From NCBI GenBank assembly GCA_027366115.1, contig DAHXLH010000215.1, forward strand, positions 1 to 35,594: DNA of 35,594 nucleotides, given 5' to 3'. Positions 25,565 to 35,510 of the stretch are shown piece after piece (within the stretch, counting starts at the first letter, position 1; every line of letters starts with the position of its first letter). The translations under genes and the position numbers were made by a program. The stretch is from Phycisphaerales bacterium. GTDB taxonomy: Bacteria > Planctomycetota > Phycisphaerae > WQYP01. The notes under the pieces are model-generated. The model was not told the DNA's origin and did no database searches. It worked only from the letters and a program-made list of their open reading frames with translations.

Positions 25565-27550
25565 TTAGCCCGACACGCCCTGGACCGCCGTTTGGGCGGT
25601 GTCCGTATTTGCCACCGGTAGTTTCCGCCACCAGAATATATACATCCCGGCAACTCCAACGATAAACAGCGGCAGCGTGAGCCAGAATGAACGGTAATCC
25701 TTCATCACCAACTGCATCGGCAGCAGGAACAAGGTGACCTGCCACAACAGCGCGAAGGGCACTGTGAGAATATCATTGCGGTGCTCTACTGCCAGAGCTT
25801 TCTGTTCTTCGATGGAAAATATTCCCCGCACCGGCCCCCACAGCCCGAATGGCCGGGTGACTCGGTAAAATTGTTCCGTTACCGACGTCGGTGTCGGAGC
25901 GGTCAGCAGCGATACCACAATGGTTGCAAGGAAAGATATGCCCGTCATGATGACAAACTGCTTCCATTCCAGCAGGTCAGGAGCGGAAAATCGTTGTACA
26001 ATCGCCGCTGATCCGCCTGCAAATGTTCCCGCCGCCACACCCCACGCATTGCAGCGCCACCAGTAAAGCCGCAGTACCATGGGGCCCAAGGTTCCGGCCG
26101 TTAGTCCCATGATAATCCAACCCCACAGGTTGTTAATACTTTCCGCCTCAACCCCCATGACAAAACCAATTCCCACGATGATCAGCGTTCCGGCATAAGC
26201 TGTAAAAATCAGCTCCCGACTTTTCGCGTTGCGTCGGAGAAAATTCTTGTATAGGTCATTGACCAGTAACGCTGTTGCGGTATTTACCTGCCCGGTCAAG
26301 GAGGTCATCATGGTTGCCAGCATCGCAATAAGCAGTAAATCCTGTATGCCCGGAGCCATGATGGACTTGAGCACTGCCGGAAGAATGAGTTCCGGATCCA
26401 CCGTGCCGGTATAGCCAACCAGCGGCAAGCGGGACTGCCAATGATTTCCTAGAATGTGCCGCAGTCCGGCAATGAGTCCGGCGGGGTAGCGTTGCGGATC
26501 ATGTCCGATGCGCCCCAGCAGATCCTGCCAGAACGCCGGGGTAGTTTGTGGATAATAATGGTGAATCAGCACGGACGCCCTGTGCACAAAAGCCGTGTTC
26601 GGATACATGTGATGGACCAGCAGAATCCCCAAAATGGCGTAGCCGATCATCATCGGCCAGCGGAACATCAGCGTGAGGGCCTGCAGCAAAGATAGTAATC
26701 CGCAATCCCGGTCACTGCGGGCGGCAAAGTAGCGTTGCTCGGCCCCGCTGCCCAGACCCCCGATGACATTTCGTAACAGATAAAAAGATACAATAAATAT
26801 CAGATAATGGTAGGGGCCATATCCCGGTGGCGTGTGAACTTGCCAAGAGGGAGCGGAACTAGTCCACTGCGAATTGCCGGTTACCCAATGTGCGGTTTGA
26901 GAAAGTATTGCAACATTAGCAAAGCTGTGCCAGGCAATGACCGCCACTGTAATGCACGCCGCAATCAGCACCACGCCGTGAATCACGTTGGTTACCACGA
27001 CACCGTAATATCCTGAGAACATCGTATAAAGCGTCGCCACGGCAATAACTACCGCGGTAGTAAGCAGGGGTGAAAACGGTGAAAACATGCCCAGAAAAAG
27101 ACTGGCCCCACGCACCAGATAAGCCAGCATACCAATGGCTAAAACAATCCCCATCACGGCGGTCAAGAACCGCACCAGTTCCGCCGCGCGCCCCTCGCCG
27201 AAGCGGAAAGTGTACCATTGTGCGGCCGTCAGGCACTGCGATCTCCGATGCCACTTGCCGGTAAACGCCAGCATAAACGCCAGCACCAGCACCGCGCCGC
27301 CGCGAAATTCAATAAACAACCCCCGCGGCCCCAGCATGTATAAAAAAGATGTAATGAGCATGGTGCCGGTCAGATCAAACCACAGCGCCATGCCGGAAAT
27401 TCCCAGCAGCACCCATGACAATGATCGCCCCGCAAGAAAATAACTCTCCATCCCTTGCGCCGCCCGGCGGCTCATCAACAGCCCGGTAATCACAACCAGT
27501 GCGAAGTAACCGCCGATTACCAGCATATCAACAGGGCCGATTGTCGCCAT
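25565..27550 (-). CDS. Sodium:solute symporter (SSS) family transporter
   Basis: The N-terminus MATIGPVDMLVIGGYFALVVITGLLMSRRAAQGMESYFLAGRSLS is typical of SSS, and many TM helices follow. The ORF opens at TTG 27565, but ATG 27550 is preceded by GGGAGA. Confidence 0.85.
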   Translation of the reverse strand: MATIGPVDMLVIGGYFALVVITGLLMSRRAAQGMESYFLAGRSLSWVLLGISGMALWFDLTGTMLITSFLYMLGPRGLFIEFRGGAVLVLAFMLAFTGKWHRRSQCLTAAQWYTFRFGEGRAAELVRFLTAVMGIVLAIGMLAYLVRGASLFLGMFSPFSPLLTTAVVIAVATLYTMFSGYYGVVVTNVIHGVVLIAACITVAVIAWHSFANVAILSQTAHWVTGNSQWTSSAPSWQVHTPPGYGPYHYLIFIVSFYLLRNVIGGLGSGAEQRYFAARSDRDCGLLSLLQALTLMFRWPMMIGYAILGILLVHHMYPNTAFVHRASVLIHHYYPQTTPAFWQDLLGRIGHDPQRYPAGLIAGLRHILGNHWQSRLPLVGYTGTVDPELILPAVLKSIMAPGIQDLLLIAMLATMMTSLTGQVNTATALLVNDLYKNFLRRNAKSRELIFTAYAGTLIIVGIGFVMGVEAESINNLWGWIIMGLTAGTLGPMVLRLYWWRCNAWGVAAGTFAGGSAAIVQRFSAPDLLEWKQFVIMTGISFLATIVVSLLTAPTPTSVTEQFYRVTRPFGLWGPVRGIFSIEEQKALAVEHRNDILTVPFALLWQVTLFLLPMQLVMKDYRSFWLTLPLFIVGVAGMYIFWWRKLPVANTDTAQTAVQGVSG

Positions 27551-27723
27551 AATTCTCCCAGGCAATTCGCATCGCCGATTCCATCAGCGCCGACGATGGC
27601 CGTATTTTATATCATAATCCCAACCTTGTCGGCTAAATGCCCATCTGCTCTGTTGGGCCGCAATAAGATGTGCCAAATTCAATCTGCGGGTATACTTCAT
27701 GCTTTGCTTATGGAGAAGCCTGA

Positions 27724-28836
27724 ATGTCTGAAGCTGTCCCACAACCTCCGGATTATATTTTACAACGCTGGCAGGCGGCGCGCGCTGAATTAAAAAAGCC
27801 CAAAGCCGATGCCCTGCTTGTAACGTATTTTCCTGATGTAAGTTGGCTGACAGGCTTTGAAGGGGATGACTCCTGGGCGTTACTGACGGCTGATCAGGTG
27901 TGGTTGATCAGCGATTTTCGATATGCCGAACAAATCGCCCGCGAATGTCCGTGGGTTCACGCGATCATGCGAAAAAAGCGGCTGTCGGAGGAATTAATCA
28001 AAATCTGCAAAAAATGTAAAATTCGCACCTTGGCGGTACAGGAAGAAAGCGTGTCGCTGCGGCAACAGGCGGCCATTAAGGAATTCACTGTTCCGGCAGG
28101 CATTCGTCTGAAGGCGGTGCTGGAGATACTGGTCAAGCTGCGCAACATTAAAGATAGCCATGAAATCGCCTTGATCGAACAGGCGGTTACCATTGCTGAG
28201 CACAGCTTTGAAGCGATGAAAGCCCATCTGAAGGCGGGGCAGACGGAAAATGAAATTGCCGGACTGTTGGTTTATGAAATGCGGCGTCGCGGGGCCTCCA
28301 ACGCCAGTTTTGATCCGATTGTTGCTGCCGCAGCCAACGGAAGTCTGCCCCATTATCGCCCCGGCGCGGTAAAAATGCAGAATAACTCGGCGCTGCTGGT
28401 GGACTGGGGTGCCTTATACAACGGCTACCGATCTGATCTCACACGCATGATTTTCATGGGCGAACCACCGCGAAAAATCCGGGAAATTTATCAGATTGTT
28501 CTCGAGGCGCAGCAATCCGCGATCGCCGCCATTAAACCCGATGCACCCGGAAAAAAAATTGATAAAATAGCCCGCGACATTATTACCAAGGCGGGGTATG
28601 GCAAATCCTTCGGCCACAGCCTGGGCCACGGGGTGGGGCGGGATATTCATGAGCAGGTCTCGCTTTCCCAACGCGGTGATGTTATTCTGAAACCGGGTAT
28701 GATTGTCACCGTCGAGCCGGGAATTTATCTTCCAGGTGTTGGCGGTGTGCGGATTGAGGACGATATACTGGTTACTCAGACAGGCTGCCGCGTGTTAAGC
28801 AGCCTTCCTAAAACTTTGAATTCGGCTTGGCTATAA
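27724..28836 (+). CDS. M24-family Xaa-Pro peptidase (aminopeptidase P / prolidase type)
   Basis: An N-terminal creatinase/prolidase-type domain is followed by a pita-bread domain with metal-ligand motifs: LLVDWGALYNGYRSDLTRM, GHSLGHGVGRDIHE and VTVEPGIYLPGVGGVRIEDD. A GGAGAA RBS is present. Confidence 0.9.
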   Translation: MSEAVPQPPDYILQRWQAARAELKKPKADALLVTYFPDVSWLTGFEGDDSWALLTADQVWLISDFRYAEQIARECPWVHAIMRKKRLSEELIKICKKCKIRTLAVQEESVSLRQQAAIKEFTVPAGIRLKAVLEILVKLRNIKDSHEIALIEQAVTIAEHSFEAMKAHLKAGQTENEIAGLLVYEMRRRGASNASFDPIVAAAANGSLPHYRPGAVKMQNNSALLVDWGALYNGYRSDLTRMIFMGEPPRKIREIYQIVLEAQQSAIAAIKPDAPGKKIDKIARDIITKAGYGKSFGHSLGHGVGRDIHEQVSLSQRGDVILKPGMIVTVEPGIYLPGVGGVRIEDDILVTQTGCRVLSSLPKTLNSAWL

Positions 28837-28879
28837 CCCACGTGTTGTGCGGCGGGTGGCTTTCGGAGAATCAATTATT

Positions 28880-29365
28880 ATGGCGACCAAGGAAACGTTT
28901 ACCGACAATAAGCGTGTCAAAGACCTTATTAAGCTCATGTCTGATCACGGCCTGACGGAAATAGAGCTGGTGGAAGATAAATCTAAAATCCGCCTGAAGC
29001 GAGATTTTGCTCCTGTCGGCGTGCCCGTGCCCGGCGCACCGATGATGGCCCAGCAGCCCATGATGGCACCGCAAGGGGCCAACGCCGCCCCTGCCCCTGC
29101 CGCGGAGCCGCCGGTGGACGAAGGTCTTGTCGCCATCAAATCCCCTATGGTTGGCACTTTTTATACTGCGGCCAATCCGGACTCGGAACCGTTTGTAAAA
29201 ATCGGGTCAACGGTCGGTAAAGAAAGCGTTGTCTGCATCATTGAAGCCATGAAGGTATTTAACGAAATCCGCGCCGAAGTCAGTGGTGTCGTAACTAAAA
29301 TGCTGGTGCAGAATGGTCAGGTGGTCGAATTCAATCAACCGCTGTTCATGGTAAAAAGCCGGTAA
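28880..29365 (+). CDS. accB: Acetyl-CoA carboxylase biotin carboxyl carrier protein
   Basis: A Pro/Ala-rich linker is followed by a biotinyl domain with the EAMKVFNEI motif. ATG 28880 is preceded by GGAGAA; the ORF is open from 28847. It lies directly upstream of accC. Confidence 0.93.
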   Translation: MATKETFTDNKRVKDLIKLMSDHGLTEIELVEDKSKIRLKRDFAPVGVPVPGAPMMAQQPMMAPQGANAAPAPAAEPPVDEGLVAIKSPMVGTFYTAANPDSEPFVKIGSTVGKESVVCIIEAMKVFNEIRAEVSGVVTKMLVQNGQVVEFNQPLFMVKSR

Positions 29366-29395
29366 ATTCCCTGGCTGGGCATCGTAGAGGAAGAT

Positions 29396-30742
29396 ATGTT
29401 TTCCAGAATTCTTGTTGCCAATCGCGGCGAAATTGCTTTGCGCATTATCCGGGCCTGCCGGGAATTAGGGGTTGAGGTCGTGGCGGTTTACTCCGAAGCT
29501 GATCGCGATGCCGCCTACCTGAAACTTGCGGACCAGGCGATCTGTATTGGGCCGGCGGCGGCGGGGGAAAGTTATCTCAATATTCCCCGCATTATTTCCG
29601 CCGCGGAAGTTGCTGATGTGCAGGCGATTCACCCGGGCTTTGGGTTTTTATCAGAAAATGCCCACTTCGCGGATGTTTGCCGCAGTTGCAAAATTGAATT
29701 CATCGGCCCGTCAGTTGAATCCATGAAGATGCTGGGTTCCAAATTGGCGTCGAAAGATTTAGCCAAGCAATGCAAAGTCCCCCTGACCCCCGGTAGCGAC
29801 GGCCCGATTCAAACAGAAAAAGAAGCGGTGGACGTGGCCAAGAAAATCGGCTATCCGGTCATCATTAAAGCCTCCGCCGGCGGGGGTGGCAGGGGCATGC
29901 GCGTGGCGCACAATGAAATCACTCTTAAAAGCTCGCTGAATGCGGCCCGGGCTGAAGCCGAGGCCGCTTTTAAGGATGCCACGGTCTTCATTGAAAAATA
30001 CCATGAAGAACCGCGCCATGTGGAAGTGCAGATTCTGGGCGATAAACATGGCAACGTCGTGCACCTCTTTGAGCGCGACTGCTCCATTCAACGGCGTCAT
30101 CAGAAACTGGTCGAAGAATCACCTTGTCCGGTTATTGATGAAGATACCCGCCAGGAACTCTGTGAAAGTGCCGTTCGCCTGGCCAAAGCCGCTGGCTATT
30201 ACTCAGCCGCAACGGTTGAATTTGTCATGGACAAGCAGAAAAAGTTTTATTTTCTGGAAGTGAATACCCGCATTCAAGTGGAGCACCCGGTGACGGAATC
30301 CGTGACCGGGCAGGATTTAATCCAGTGGCAGCTGCGCATCGCCGCGGGAGAAAAGCTCGATATTTCCCAGAAAGATATTCGCATCAATGGGGCCTCCATT
30401 GAATGCCGAATTAACGCCGAGGACCCGGATCGCAACTTCGCGCCCTCTCCGGGATTGCTGGAGGAATTCGCCCCGCCGGGTGGCCCGGGCGTGCGCCTGG
30501 ATACCCACGCGTATCAGGGGTATCGCATCGGACCGAACTATGACAGTATGATCGGCAAATTGATCGTGCATCGGCCCACACGTGATCAGGCCATCGCCAC
30601 CATGCGCCGGGCACTGGATGAATTCCGCGCCGGACCCGTTAAGACTACGATTCCACTGCACCGCTTTATTATGAATTCCCAGGATTTTCGGGAATCTCGT
30701 GTGGATACCGGCTGGATTGAGCGAACCCGCCGCTCCAGTTGA
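29396..30742 (+). CDS. accC: Acetyl-CoA carboxylase biotin carboxylase subunit
   Basis: [25 protein letters not shown], the ATP-grasp segment [19 protein letters not shown] and [14 protein letters not shown] are present. The length of 448 aa is typical. Confidence 0.96.
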   Translation: MFSRILVANRGEIALRIIRACRELGVEVVAVYSEADRDAAYLKLADQAICIGPAAAGESYLNIPRIISAAEVADVQAIHPGFGFLSENAHFADVCRSCKIEFIGPSVESMKMLGSKLASKDLAKQCKVPLTPGSDGPIQTEKEAVDVAKKIGYPVIIKASAGGGGRGMRVAHNEITLKSSLNAARAEAEAAFKDATVFIEKYHEEPRHVEVQILGDKHGNVVHLFERDCSIQRRHQKLVEESPCPVIDEDTRQELCESAVRLAKAAGYYSAATVEFVMDKQKKFYFLEVNTRIQVEHPVTESVTGQDLIQWQLRIAAGEKLDISQKDIRINGASIECRINAEDPDRNFAPSPGLLEEFAPPGGPGVRLDTHAYQGYRIGPNYDSMIGKLIVHRPTRDQAIATMRRALDEFRAGPVKTTIPLHRFIMNSQDFRESRVDTGWIERTRRSS

Positions 30743-30778
30743 AAATTTGAATTTATGCCGCAAACAATTGGGTGAACC

Positions 30779-31543
30779 GTGGCCCTGCGAATGCTAAACT
30801 TGTGCATCTTTGCTTGTGCCTGCGCCCTGCTTTTGCCCGTGTCCGCCCCGGCGGTTATGGCGAAAGCTTCCATCACCCTGACCGGGCGCATCAGATCCTC
30901 GCACCGCATCATCCGTATCGAAGCCGTTGAGCGTAACCGAGCGAACGTGCTGGCATTAAGCACCAATAAACCCACCGCCTGGGTGTTTCCAGGAAAAATT
31001 AATTCCGCCGGAACATTTCGTATTCCGGGCATTATTCCAGGTCACCGTTATGACCTGATTGTTTTTACCGCCAAGGCCCGCTGGGAAGGCGTGAATATGA
31101 ATTATTACCGCCCGGTTGAACCCGGCCCTCCGATGACCCCCGGCGATCTAAAACAAATTGTCAATTTCATTGAAAAAATTCCCCGCTTTACCAATTACAA
31201 CCGTCCCCTTTGGATTGCGGGCGATCATAACCATGCCACACTGGTGGTAGAACAGATTCGGAGCCATTCATTTTATTCTGGCCATCAGGGATCAATTATT
31301 TTTCGCGTGGCTGTATGGTATTTTGAACGCTATTACGCCGGCTGGCAGAAGGTCAGTAATCTCGGCAAGGTGATGACGCGATGGCGCGGCCCGGCAAATC
31401 AAATTACCAATCCGTGGCAATATCTTCCGGCGCTAGGGGATATTGCGGTTTCAAGTGCCGGCACATTCAAGCCCATTGATGTCACGCTGCCCACGCCCAG
31501 CCCGCATCATGGCCTGGATGGTGCAATCCCCGCGGGGAAATAA
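30779..31543 (+). CDS. Secreted hypothetical protein
   Basis: 254 aa. The signal peptide is MALRMLNLCIFACACALLLPVSAPAVMA-KA. The N-terminal part (TLTGRI...GTFRIPGIIPGHRYDLIVFT) resembles a carboxypeptidase-regulatory-like beta-sandwich. The rest was not recognised. Its stop overlaps the start of the next gene (TAATG). Confidence 0.55.
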   Translation: MALRMLNLCIFACACALLLPVSAPAVMAKASITLTGRIRSSHRIIRIEAVERNRANVLALSTNKPTAWVFPGKINSAGTFRIPGIIPGHRYDLIVFTAKARWEGVNMNYYRPVEPGPPMTPGDLKQIVNFIEKIPRFTNYNRPLWIAGDHNHATLVVEQIRSHSFYSGHQGSIIFRVAVWYFERYYAGWQKVSNLGKVMTRWRGPANQITNPWQYLPALGDIAVSSAGTFKPIDVTLPTPSPHHGLDGAIPAGK

Positions 31544-33003
31544 TGTTTTATCAGAGGTATTTTGCCGCCATGCCCAAGACCAGCATCGACCGCATTTTGA
31601 ACTGGAGTATTCGAATTTTGCTTGGCGCGGTGGTGCTTTTCGCAGCGATCGGCCTGTTTCGTCACTTTGACCACAATGCGGATTCCCGCTCCGCTGATGG
31701 TCAATATAATGTCAAGAATTTCGGAGCCGCCGGTAACGCTGTAACCTTGGATACAGCCGCAATTCAGCGGGCTATCGACACATGCAGCCGCTATGGCGGC
31801 GGAAAAGTGGTGTTTCCCGCCGGAACGTATTTGTGTGGCACACTGCAATTAAAAAGTAACGTGACACTGGACCTGCAAACCGGCTCGGAGATATTCGGTT
31901 CTCCCGATATTAAAAACTACCATACCGTTGATCCTTTTATTGACGGCGACGGGCAGGCCTTTGGCTACTGCTTAATTGGCGCAAATCACGCCGATAATAT
32001 CGGAATTGAGGGTACCGGTGCCATCAATGGTGACGGCGTAGGCTTCCGCGGCAATCGGCCTTTTTTAATCCGCCTGGCGCATTGCAACGGAATAACCGTG
32101 CGCGATGTGACGCTTGAACAGTCGGCCGCATGGGGCCTGAATTTGTACCGTTGTCGGCAGATTCTCGTGGATCATGTACATATCTGGAACCATGCTAATT
32201 ACAACAATGACGGCATTGATGTGGATTCCAGCGAACTGGTGCATATCACGCATTGCGATATTAATTCCGAGGATGACTGCATTTGTCTTAAAACCACCAC
32301 ACCCACCAGTTGTTCACATATTCGAGTGGATCATTGCCGTTTAAGCAGCCAGTGCGCGGCGGTAAAATTTGGCAGTGAAACCATGGGTACGATGCGCGAT
32401 ATTCATGTCAAGGACTGTTACGAGTATGACACCCGCCTGGGCGGAATTAAAATTTTATCCGTGGATGGTGCCCATATCAGCAATGTTCGATTCGACAATA
32501 TTCAAATGAGAAATGTGGACATGCCTATATTCATCCGCCTTGGCGGCCGGCTTTCCACATTTCATCCGGGGCAAGACCCCCGGAATGTGGGCAGCATCAA
32601 CAATATCGTCATTCGTAATGTCACCGCGCAGGCATCCAATCAGGGGCGATTGCTATTTCCCACTGGAATATTTATTACGGGTATTCCCAACTATGATGTC
32701 GGCCACGTTCTGCTGGAAAATATTTCCATTACTCTTTCCGGCGGTGCACCGGCGGGCGCCGCAAAAATACAGGTGCCTGAAAAAATCACCGCCTTCCCGG
32801 ACTTTTTCCTCTTCGGCTTATATCTGCCGGCTTATGGCATGTACGCCCGGCACGCCGATGATCTGGTACTGAACAATGTCCGCTTTCAACTCGAAAACCC
32901 CGACGCCCGGCCCGCCATTCTCTGTCAAAACGTCAAGCGCATTGCATGGACCAATGCCCCCGCCCCCGTGATGCAGACCCTGCCCCCGGCCAATCCGCGT
33001 TAA
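31543..33003 (+). CDS. Glycoside hydrolase family 28-like (polygalacturonase/rhamnogalacturonase-type right-handed beta-helix), N-terminally anchored
   Basis: An N-terminal TM segment (IRILLGAVVLFAAIGLF) is followed by YNVKNFGAAGNAVTLDTAAIQRAIDTC..GGGKVVFPAGTYLCGTLQLKSNVTL, the pectate-lyase-3-type start. The catalytic-region motifs NNDGIDVDS and NSEDDCICLKT are present, as are repeated beta-helix turns. Confidence 0.8.
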   Translation: MFYQRYFAAMPKTSIDRILNWSIRILLGAVVLFAAIGLFRHFDHNADSRSADGQYNVKNFGAAGNAVTLDTAAIQRAIDTCSRYGGGKVVFPAGTYLCGTLQLKSNVTLDLQTGSEIFGSPDIKNYHTVDPFIDGDGQAFGYCLIGANHADNIGIEGTGAINGDGVGFRGNRPFLIRLAHCNGITVRDVTLEQSAAWGLNLYRCRQILVDHVHIWNHANYNNDGIDVDSSELVHITHCDINSEDDCICLKTTTPTSCSHIRVDHCRLSSQCAAVKFGSETMGTMRDIHVKDCYEYDTRLGGIKILSVDGAHISNVRFDNIQMRNVDMPIFIRLGGRLSTFHPGQDPRNVGSINNIVIRNVTAQASNQGRLLFPTGIFITGIPNYDVGHVLLENISITLSGGAPAGAAKIQVPEKITAFPDFFLFGLYLPAYGMYARHADDLVLNNVRFQLENPDARPAILCQNVKRIAWTNAPAPVMQTLPPANPR

Positions 33004-33012
33004 CGCCGCCCG

Positions 33013-33066
33013 AAACAAAGGTACCTGACACCTTTTCCTAAAAAAAGGTGTCAGGTACCTTTGTTT
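33013..33066. terminator. Bidirectional rho-independent terminator formed by a perfect 24-bp-stem palindrome
   Basis: AAACAAAGGTACCTGACACCTTTT (33013-33036), a 6-nt loop CCTAAA, and AAAAGGTGTCAGGTACCTTTGTTT (33043-33066). There are T-rich tracts on both strands. It lies between the convergent stops at 33003 (+) and 33069 (-). Confidence 0.85.
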
Positions 33067-33068
33067 TA

Positions 33069-35201
33069 TTAAATCGCCTTGTTCAGGCCTTCGTGCCGGA
33101 CGTTCCAGGAGCCGTCCTGGGGGAAACCTGGGGCATTGTGTTGCGGACCGCCGTCCCAACCTGCGGCCAGAAATGCCGCTGCATAAAGTAAAGCGCCGTC
33201 TCCCGGAATATAGGGGCATGGACCGCCGGTGTTGATGCCGCGAATATCAAAATGATTGCCGTGAACTTTTGCGGTCAGGGCCGCAATCGCAATCCGCGGT
33301 TCACCAACCCGCGCCGCCGCCATGGCCATCCATGGCAAATCCCATCCATATTCATGATTACCCGCCCAGTCCCAGGATTTCCAGGTTTTCAATACCGTTG
33401 CATGAGCTGTTGCGGGGTCCACCCCGGCAATCCGCGGTAACATGCCGTAAACTCCGATCATATCGGGATGATTACTGCGTATGGTCGTGTAGGTCGCTTT
33501 GGCCCACTGCTCGGAAATCACATAAACGCCCTGATCCATAGGCAGGGGGGCCAAATGTTTCAGGACATGCGCCCAACGGGCTTCCGGGGGTAATCCCATG
33601 CGGTGCCTCCATGTTTGAGCGGTAGTTAATGCGAACCGCCAATAGGCCAATTCATAAATACTGTTGCTGGTAACGCCATGTTCACACGCCGGCATAACAG
33701 GCGTAAGATCGTAACGCTTCAGCGTGCGGTTCCATGTTGGAAAGCTGGCCACGTAATCCGCGGTGGAAAAAATAATATCACGCCATAGCTTAAGCGTTCC
33801 GGAGGTCGGGGACTGACGGTAATGCAATTCGGCAAAAAAGATCGGATGCGGCTGCTGCCAAGCCAGAATATTATCTCCAAACCACGGGACATTCCGCCCG
33901 CCGGGGCCGGTGCGCTTGGGCCATTTGACGCCGTGATAATTCAATTGCCTGGCCAGCGCCCGCGCTACCGGCTTGATCCGCCAATAGAAAGCCAACTCGC
34001 GCATCGCTAATGGCCAGCGGTTCCACAACGCATAATGTCCGATATGCCAGACCGCCATTTCCATGTTAGCCTGACTGCTCCATTGATCCAGCCCCATTAA
34101 ACCGATTTCCGCGCCAGGCATATCCCCGGCTTCCTGCACAGCCATCTGATATTGCGCCAGCACAATCCGCCGTTCGAGTTCCGGTGCCGCAGGGTTACTG
34201 CTGCCGGAAAGATCAATGGCTCCGCCACTGTTCCAAAACCGTTCCCAATGATTGGCCGCGGCCTTTTCCGTTTCCGGAAAGCTCTGGTGCCCCTGTGCCA
34301 AATTCACGGAATCGGGGGCGAACCGGCAGGTCAATTCAATTGTGTTCTGGCCCGTCAGCGGAACAAGCCGCCACGTGTGAGGAAGTGTATCGGGATAAAT
34401 GGCCGCATGTTTTCCGGTGAACATAACGCCATAACGTGACGAATCCGCGACGCGCTGCAAATGCACCCAATTGTCCGCGCGTCGCACGACCAGCGTCTGA
34501 TGTTTTCCCGTGGCATGAAAATCTCCAACCCAAGGCCCCTGGGTGCGATCCGGATAAGGAAAGTCCAGGATGATCCAGAAACGCCCGGTAGCCAGGGCGG
34601 AAGATGTTATCCGCACAGCCAGTCTATCGGCTTCCGCGTCGCAAAGGCTTTCGACTACGACGCGTTGCTGGTGCAACCGGAATACCGCACGTTGTTTACC
34701 AGTAAAAATGTCAATATGTCTATCAATCCCTGAGATATCTTCCGGCTTCAGCGGTGCGCCGTCGGCATGTACCATCCGCAGTCGCCCCAGATTCATGCGA
34801 TGCGGATTCTCCCGCATCCAGTGGTATAGTGCGTTTTCCGCGGCCGGCCAGATTTGCGGGCCTGTAAGGCGGCCGCGCTCGTACGTGCCGGTAATCGGGA
34901 CATCCGCCCGCGTATAACCGGCCGGCATCGGCGACCAATTCCAACCCCAGTCCGTCATGATGTTACCGGCAAAGGTTTGCAATCCGGTGGCATCACAATT
35001 AAACACGGCACCGCCATTACCGAGTTGGAAAACCCCATCCAGTTGATTGTATTGAAAGTTATGCCGGGTGACCAAGGCTTTGCGATCAAGTTTTGACGTG
35101 ATCCTGCGCCCGGAAGCCGGCCGCTTGGGTGCCGTGGCCAATGTCACGGCACCAAGAAGTAGATCCCGCCGTGAGCAATCCTCTGTGGTACGTCCAGCCA
35201 T
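33069..35201 (-). CDS. Large Tat-signal protein of unassigned family, glycoside-hydrolase-like (beta-sandwich N-terminal region plus helical C-terminal region)
   Basis: 710 aa with a GGAGAA RBS 7 nt before ATG 35201 and a twin-arginine motif CSRRDLLLGAVTLATA. GNG-containing N-terminal motifs (FQLGNGGAVFNCDATGLQTF) recall the super-sandwich domains of GH65/GH95-type enzymes. The helical C-terminal half (NSIYELAYWRFALTTAQTWRHRMGL) recalls (alpha/alpha)6 barrels. No family was confirmed. Confidence 0.55.
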   Translation of the reverse strand: MAGRTTEDCSRRDLLLGAVTLATAPKRPASGRRITSKLDRKALVTRHNFQYNQLDGVFQLGNGGAVFNCDATGLQTFAGNIMTDWGWNWSPMPAGYTRADVPITGTYERGRLTGPQIWPAAENALYHWMRENPHRMNLGRLRMVHADGAPLKPEDISGIDRHIDIFTGKQRAVFRLHQQRVVVESLCDAEADRLAVRITSSALATGRFWIILDFPYPDRTQGPWVGDFHATGKHQTLVVRRADNWVHLQRVADSSRYGVMFTGKHAAIYPDTLPHTWRLVPLTGQNTIELTCRFAPDSVNLAQGHQSFPETEKAAANHWERFWNSGGAIDLSGSSNPAAPELERRIVLAQYQMAVQEAGDMPGAEIGLMGLDQWSSQANMEMAVWHIGHYALWNRWPLAMRELAFYWRIKPVARALARQLNYHGVKWPKRTGPGGRNVPWFGDNILAWQQPHPIFFAELHYRQSPTSGTLKLWRDIIFSTADYVASFPTWNRTLKRYDLTPVMPACEHGVTSNSIYELAYWRFALTTAQTWRHRMGLPPEARWAHVLKHLAPLPMDQGVYVISEQWAKATYTTIRSNHPDMIGVYGMLPRIAGVDPATAHATVLKTWKSWDWAGNHEYGWDLPWMAMAAARVGEPRIAIAALTAKVHGNHFDIRGINTGGPCPYIPGDGALLYAAAFLAAGWDGGPQHNAPGFPQDGSWNVRHEGLNKAI
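34425..34508 (-). repeat. Proximal arm of an exact 84-nt inverted repeat, inside the 710-aa gene (codons 232-259)
   Basis: Base-by-base comparison shows 34425-34508 is the exact reverse complement of 35511-35594. Confidence 0.95.
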
Positions 35202-35510
35202 GACAAGCTTCTCCGCAGTTAATTAATTTGCCATTTGATATTCTGGACACGACCGATGAAATTTTATCGCATCTTGATCGAACCGCAATGGCATTACTGC
35301 ATAACTGGTTTGGCAACCGCGATTTGTTTACTGATGACACCCCAAAGCCCTGGAGCATGGGGTGTTATTGGTCAAGCCTGCGCCACACCGCCGTTTTCGG
35401 CCTTTCCGCAAGATATGGCAACCTCCAGCAGGATTGTTAAATACAATAGTAAAGCGGTTCAAGCGTTAAAAAGTGCTAAATAACTGGCTGTTTATAGGAT
35501 CAGTCGGGCT

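Noticed and set aside
35235-35483. 82-aa plus-strand ORF in the region upstream of the 710-aa gene; its TAA stop is in the same frame as the distal repeat copy
   Set aside because: It has no RBS, no recognisable domain and no similarity to the N-terminus of the 710-aa protein. The shared frame has a one-in-three chance expectation. I treated it as non-coding promoter region but mention it in the inverted-repeat finding.
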